NCBI RefSeq assembly: GCF_009914755.1
Contig: NC_060929.1
Strand: one strand, 5' to 3'
DNA length: 64,000 bases
DNA from: the human T2T-CHM13v2.0 reference genome, Homo sapiens
A program made the translations under genes and the position numbers. Positions 57,291-64,000 of this stretch are shown one piece after another. Position 1 is the first letter of the stretch. Each line of letters starts with the position of its first letter. The notes under the pieces were generated by a model. It had not been told where the DNA came from, ran no database searches, and saw only the letters and a list, made by a program, of their open reading frames with translations.

Positions 57291-57549
57291 TCCTCAGGAT
57301 ACAATAATTATCCTACTAGTTAACCAGAGAAATTTAGAAATGACTTTATTATTTTACTTCTCTGTCTAAGATATAAAGTACTAGTTAAGAAAATTTTTCA
57401 GGTTTGTCTACTGTATAATTTGTGACATCACTGATCACGAAGGAATTGATTATTTTTGCCACCTAATTAGTGAAACGAACCTCCACTTAGCACTTTGTGC
57501 TGAAAACATGTCAGAACTTCATTACATAGATATTGGAAACCGCAATCTG

Positions 57550-57563
57550 GTTGCCATGGTGAC
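57550..57563. promoter_or_regulatory. Candidate RFX X-box
   Basis: GTTGCCATGGTGAC fits GTNRCC-AT-RGYAAC with one deviation and lies in non-repeat DNA. Confidence 0.45.
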
Positions 57564-58563
57564 AAGCTCCCACAGGGAGTTTAGTGTTTAGCTGACATAC
57601 CCTGATCAGACAGAGTGTGATTAAAGGAAAGAATCTAACTTAAAGCACTTTTGTGTTCAAAACACTGCAAAATTATGTCTTTGAAACAGCCAATTTCAAA
57701 TAAAATCGCTGCATAAGTCTCCATAGAAATAAAGAAGTTTCTTGTTTTTTGGTATCTCATTATCCTGTGACCTGCATTTTTTACTTTGAAGATAAAAATT
57801 ATGATCACAGAAACACTCAGAACATAATCCCCATTGTTTCAATATTTTATTGATTCCAATAATGCATAAATGATGTTAGAAGTCACACATTTAAGCCAAG
57901 GCAATGAAGACAAAAGATGCATGGCCTTAATACAAAAAGTAAATCAGAAACAAAGACTGCTTTATGTTAATATGATTCTGTGACGGTAATTTACAAAGAA
58001 GCATGTTAAAAAGACAAGTCATTAAAAGTTACAGCTTTGTTTGGTTAAATGCCAGGTTTTTTTCCTGTCCAGTCTGTATGCATTATCGCTGCATTCATTT
58101 GCAATGCTTCATTTGTACAATATGACCTAAATATATGAGATTTAGTTGCAGCAAATCACAGATCTCAACCTTGGAAGAAGAAAGATATTGGGCCAGAAAC
58201 CAAGGTATTAGAAAACATGCAACCCAGTTTGAGAAGTTTAAATGTTTAAAAACATTTAGTTTCTGCTGACATAAACTCAACAGGAGGCAACAAGTCATTA
58301 TTGTGGTCCTATATGATCCAGAACCGTTAGTTCTGCCAGTGGATATTCAAATTTGAGAACAAAAAAGAGAACTCCTTTGAGAATCTAACCATGTAATATT
58401 ATAGATTGCATTGGTGAACACTGACTCAAAAGAGCCCGAAAATAACTATAAAAGCATGTTCACAGAAAATCATTACACAGAAATCATTTTGCCAGTCTGA
58501 ATAATAAGTCAGCAAAATTATGAACACAAGGAAAACCTAGCCACTTGACTTTAGGAGTCAATA

Positions 58564-58873
58564 GGACCAGGTGCGGTGGCTCACACCTGTAATCACAGCA
58601 CTGTGGAAGGCCCAGGCAGGCGGATTGCTTGAGCCCAGGAGGTCGAGACCAGCCTGGGCAACATAGTGAAACACCGTCTCTACTGAAAATACAAAAATTA
58701 GCCGGGCTTGGTGGGATGCACATGTAGTCCCAGATACTCGGGAGGCTGAGGTGGGAAGATCGCTTGAGTGCAGGAGGTAGAGGTTGCAGTGGGTCATGAT
58801 GCCATGATCACGCCACAGCAGCCTAGACAACAGAGTGAGACCTTGTCTAAAAAAAAAAAAAAAAAAAAAAAAA
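58564..58873 (+). mobile_element. AluJ
   Basis: Dimer with TSD-like agtca(a/g)tag. Confidence 0.93.
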
Positions 58874-58986
58874 GTCAGTAGCAAAGCCTTTAGCATAAAT
58901 TGTCTTTCTGGCCTCAACTTCCCAGAAAGCACAAAAGATAAATATGGTTTTTATATAATAAAAATCTAAAAGCAACCTTTTGATAA

Positions 58987-59369
<383 letters not shown>

Positions 59370-59643
59370 TAGAATTCTTACTTATTTTAGGTTGGCAGTA
59401 GCCAAGTATATTTGGTAGAGGGTGTGTCTTCAGAGTTACAAAGCTCTGTTTGTTTAACATTTGAGTGTCAAATTTGTGGCTTCACTTTTAGCTGTCTTTA
59501 TGAAAGCTAAAATCTCTCCTAAGCACTATGCTGAGCTCTCAACTCAACGATTGGAGCTTTTGCACATAGGCTCACAGCTGTGGAGTATTTTTTTAAGTTG
59601 TGTGAATGATTTATGAATAAGTGTCTGAGCTTTAAATGTTATT

Positions 59644-59940
59644 GGCCGGGTCCAGTGGCTCCCACCTGTAATCCTAGCACTTTGCGGGGCCAAGGCGGGA
59701 GGATCACTTGACCTCAGGAGTTCGAGACCAGCCTGGCAACATGGCGAAACCTCATCTCTACTAAAAATAAAAAAATTGGCCGGGCGTGTTGATGATGCCT
59801 GCAGTCCCAGCTACTCTGGAGGCTGAAGCAGGAGAATTGCTTGAACCTGGAGGTGGAGGTTGCAGTGAGCCAGATCATGCCACTGCAATCCTGCCTGGAC
59901 AACAGAGTGAGACTCCATCTCAAAAATAAAAATAAATAAA
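59644..59940 (+). mobile_element. AluSx-like
   Basis: TSD taaatgttatt. Confidence 0.94.
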
Positions 59941-60069
59941 TGTTATTGTTGGATATGTACTGAGTCAGTTCCTACTTGTCATAGAGGAAGATGGCTGTGC
60001 ATCTTTTGATTTATGTAAGTATACTTAAATACCAGTCTATAAAAAAATAAGAAAAAATAAGATAACTTT

Positions 60070-63000
60070 TTCTTTCTTAATTAAGCCATTTATTTTAAGA
60101 TAATTTTAGATTAATATTTAGCTTTAATAAATAATGTAGGTAGCTCTTGTGCAGCCTTTAGCCAGTTTTTCTCAATGGTAACATTCTATAATACTGTAGT
60201 ACAATATCCCAACTAGGATATCCCAACATTGATACCATCAAGTTGCAGAACATTCCCATCACCAAGAGGATCCCTCGTGTTGCCTCTTTATAAACATAAC
60301 CACATGATACAGAGACCTATCATCAGGCTGTTGCATGTATTAATAGTTTGTTCCTTTTTATTGGTAGATAGTATAACATGGTATGGATGTATCATGGTTT
60401 ATTTAACCATTCATTCACTGAAGGACACCTGGGTTTCCAATTTTTGATGATTACAAATAAACCTTATATAAACATTCGTTTACAAGCTATTGTGTAAACA
60501 TCAGTTTTCATTTCTCTGGGACGAATGCCTAGAAATGCAATTAATAAGTCATATGGTAGTTGCATGTGTAGTTATTTAAGAAATCGACAAACCATTTTGC
60601 AAAATGGATGTACCCTTTAATATTTCCACAAGTGATGTATGAATGATCCAGTTTCTTGACATCCTCACCAGCATTTAGTGTTGTTATGTTTAGGTATACC
60701 ATTAGCTATTCACATGTTAGGGTTTAATTTGTGTTTCCCTAACAGCAAATGACATTGATGATATTTTTTGTGTGCCTATTTGCCATCTGTACATTCTCTT
60801 TTGCCTTTTGCTCATTTTTCTAATTGGAATGTTTTGTTTTGTTTTGTTTTGTTTTTACTGCTGACCTTTGAGAGATCTTTATACACTGTAGTTCTAGTTC
60901 TTTGTCGGGGGTATGGTTAGCAAATGTTTTTTTCCCAGGCTGTAACTTGTCTTTTCATCTTCTTAGTAGAACTTTTCACAGAGCAAAGTTTTTAATTTTG
61001 AAGTCTACTTTGTCAGTTTTTCATTGTATGTATTATGCTTTCAATGTCAGATCTAAGAATACTTTGCTTTTCTCTAGATCCTGAATATTTTCTCTTACGA
61101 TTTTTTAAACGTTATGTAGTTTTATGTTTTACAGTGAAACTCATGATCAATTTTAACTTAATGTTTGTATAGTGCGTAAGACTTAAGTTGAGGTTCTTCT
61201 TTTGTGTTTATGATATCCTGCACCATTTGTTAAAAAATTTTGTTCCTGCACAATTTGTTTAAAAAAAAATCTTTCCTCAATGAAATCAATTTGCTCCTTT
61301 GTCAGCAATCAGTTGGACATATTTGTGTGGGTCTGTTTCTGGGTTTCTGTTGTGTTCCACTGGTCTCTGTCTGTGACAGTACCACAGAGTCAGATTACTA
61401 TAGACATATAAATAAGTTTTGAAATCAGGTAAACTGGTTTCTCCCACTTTATTCTTTATATATTTTTAAGCCATTCCAGTTCCTTTGTCTTTTTATTTTA
61501 GAATGATATTGTCTGTATTTTTTTCCTGGGATTTTCATAGGATTTGTGTTAAATCTGTATGTTAGCTTAGGAAAAATTGGCATCTTGATGTTGAGTCTTC
61601 TCATTGGTGAATATGCTATAGATTTATCCACTTAATTCTTCCTTGAATTTTTTCATCAGCATTTTGTAGCTTTCAGTGTACATGTTCTGTTAGATATACC
61701 TCTAACTATTTTACTTTTTTAATGATTGTATGTAGCATTGTATTTTTACCTTTGATGCCCCCACGTTCATTGCTAATATGTACAAATAAGACAAATTTTT
61801 GGAAGTTTATGTTGTATCTTAATACCATGACAAATTCAATTGTCAGTTTTAGGAGTTTTTTTAAGATACTTTGGATATTTTGTGTGGAAAACCATGCCAT
61901 CTGAAATGGGGACAATTTTATATATTTGTTTTCATCTGTATGTATTTCATTTCTTTTATTTGCCTATTGCACTGGTTAGAAGTTCCAGAATTATATGTTG
62001 AATAAGAGTGATGAAAACAGCTATCCTTTTTTTCTTCTTAATCTTACGGGAAAAACATTTAGTCTTTTAATATTAAGTGAAATTCTAGCTTTGGATTTCT
62101 GTAAACTTTTAAGAAATGAAAAATTTTGTCAAATACTTCTATCAGGTAATTTTTCTTCTATAGCTTGTTAATATAGTATACCAATGGATAGATTTTTCAA
62201 TATTAAACTAACCTTGCATTTAAGAAATAAACCCAGGTTGGTAATGGTATATTATTCTTTTTATGTATTGCTCAATTATATTTGCCTATATGTCACATGC
62301 ACACAGACACACACACACACAACATTTTCTCATATTGTCTTTGCCTGTCATTGGTATCAAGGTAACACTAGCTTTATAATATGAATTGAAAAATATTCCC
62401 TCTTATATTTTCTGGAAGAATTTATATAGAATTTAGTGTTAATTCTCTTTTAAATGTTTTGTAGAATTCTCTAGAGATATCATGTGGCTGTTGGAATTAA
62501 TTTAATTTTTTGGAAGATTTTTATTTACAAATTTAATTTCCTTAATAGTTACAGGGCTCCTCAAACTACCATTTTATGCTGGCTGATATGTATCAGTTTG
62601 TATATTTTGAGAAGTTCGTCCATTTATTCTAAGTTGTCAAATTTATTTTTGTAGAAATGTTTCTAATATACACATGTCATTTTTGATGTCTCAAGGTCTG
62701 TAGTGATATTTTCTGTTTCATTCCTGATTTTAGTAAAATATATTCTTTCTTTCTCTCTCTCTTCTTTGTCACTCTTGCTAGAGGTTTGCCCATCATGGTT
62801 TCTAAGAGTTAACTCTCTGTTTCAAACATATATTCTATCATTCTGTTTTTCTATTTACAGTTTCATTTATTTCTTCTCTTATCCTTATTATTTTCTTCCT
62901 TCTGCTTTGGGTTTACTTGGCTCTTCTTTTTCTAGGTTACTGATATGGAAGCTTGGGTTACTGATTTATCATATTTCTTCATCTCAAATGTATGTATTTT

Positions 63001-64000
63001 GTGCTATAGATTTTCCTCTCAGCACTATTTTAGCCACATTTCACCATTCCGATACATAGCATTTTCCTTTTCATAGTTCAATATTGTTTATTTTTTCTTG
63101 AGACTTTCTCTTCTACCAATAGAAATTTTCTGGACCTGTTTGGTATAGTTGTCAAGTGTTTGTAGATGTTCCCGATATTTTTCTATTATTCATTTCCAGT
63201 TTGATTCCTTGGTCACAGAATGCAATATGTATTATCTCAATTTTTTAAAATTTGTTCAGATTATTTTTAAGACCCTAGACATGTTCTACATTGCCACATG
63301 TTCCATGTACACTAAAAAAATGTATATTCTGATTATTTTGGGTGAAATATTTTATAACTATTTATTACATTATGTTTGTAAATAGTTTTTATGGTATTTC
63401 TATAGGCTGATTTTCTATTATTTATATAAATTGCTGAGTAAAGGGTGTTAAAGCCCAACTATAATTGTGGATTTATGTACTCATTTTAGTTCAGTTCTCA
63501 CTCTCTCTCTTCCCTTTGGTTTTTATTTCACATATTTTGTTACTCTACTGTTTGGTATTGTATAGTGTCATATTTACGATTCCTATATCTTTGTGGAAGA
63601 TTGAAACATATATCATTATATAATGTCTATCTCTGGAAAGGTACTTTGTTCTGAAGCCTACTTTATCTGATATTAACATCTGATGTTAATATGCTTTCTT
63701 TTGATTCATCTTTTCCCCTTTAATTTCAACCTGACTATATCTTTATATTTGAGGTGAGTTTCTTATATACAGAAAGTCCTTGGATTATTTTTTTATTAGT
63801 GGACATGGAGGTGATTTTTTTTATCTACCCTGCCAATCTCTGTATTTTAACTAATGTATTTAGACCACTTACATTAATGTCATTGTTAACATATTAGAAC
63901 TTAAATATGCCATTTCACTTTTTGATATTTTTTTTCTATGTTTGTCTCTTCTCTTTCTTGCCTTTCTGTAGAATACTTGAACATTTTTTGGAATTCAATT
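60070..64000 (-). mobile_element. Long old L1M (L1MC/MD-like), from the 3'UTR through decayed ORF2, continuing past the window end
   Basis: Antisense 3'UTR (cagaacattcccatcacc, ccattcattcactgaaggacacctggg) and ORF2 remnants (e.g. 61449-61631(-) MPIFPKLTYRFNTNPMKIP). Confidence 0.85.

Overview
This is primate nuclear DNA, most likely human given a near-pristine AluY of the Yc-like type. It is AT-rich and dominated by repeats, and I find no intact protein-coding gene. Every long ORF in the track is an L1 ORF1/ORF2 fragment, an Alu-derived frame or noise. The window holds about 22 Alus, four sizeable primate L1PA copies (one with a 5' inversion), several old L1M fragments, L2/MIR relics and MER5A/MER53 DNA-transposon relics. 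It also has solo LTRs (MER51, MER61, LTR8, MST/MLT1 types), a truncated MER31-type provirus (LTR-PBS-gag), and an ARL2BP (BART) processed pseudogene nested in an old L1. I cannot support a new multi-gene biological system here. The most unusual signals record genome dynamics. They are (1) an inverted, twice-primed local templated insertion at 41451-41556 copied from 39156-39256, between an inverted Alu pair; (2) two L1PA copies 23 kb apart that share several non-consensus substitutions; (3) three Alus stacked at one reused target site; and (4) a twin-primed L1 missing about 1.3 kb. Candidate functional elements in unique DNA are a nuclear-receptor/AP-1 motif cluster, an RFX X-box, and a possible micro-exon. 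Repeat subfamily names come from my recollection of consensus sequences and need RepeatMasker/Dfam confirmation. Boundaries of old repeats are approximate.
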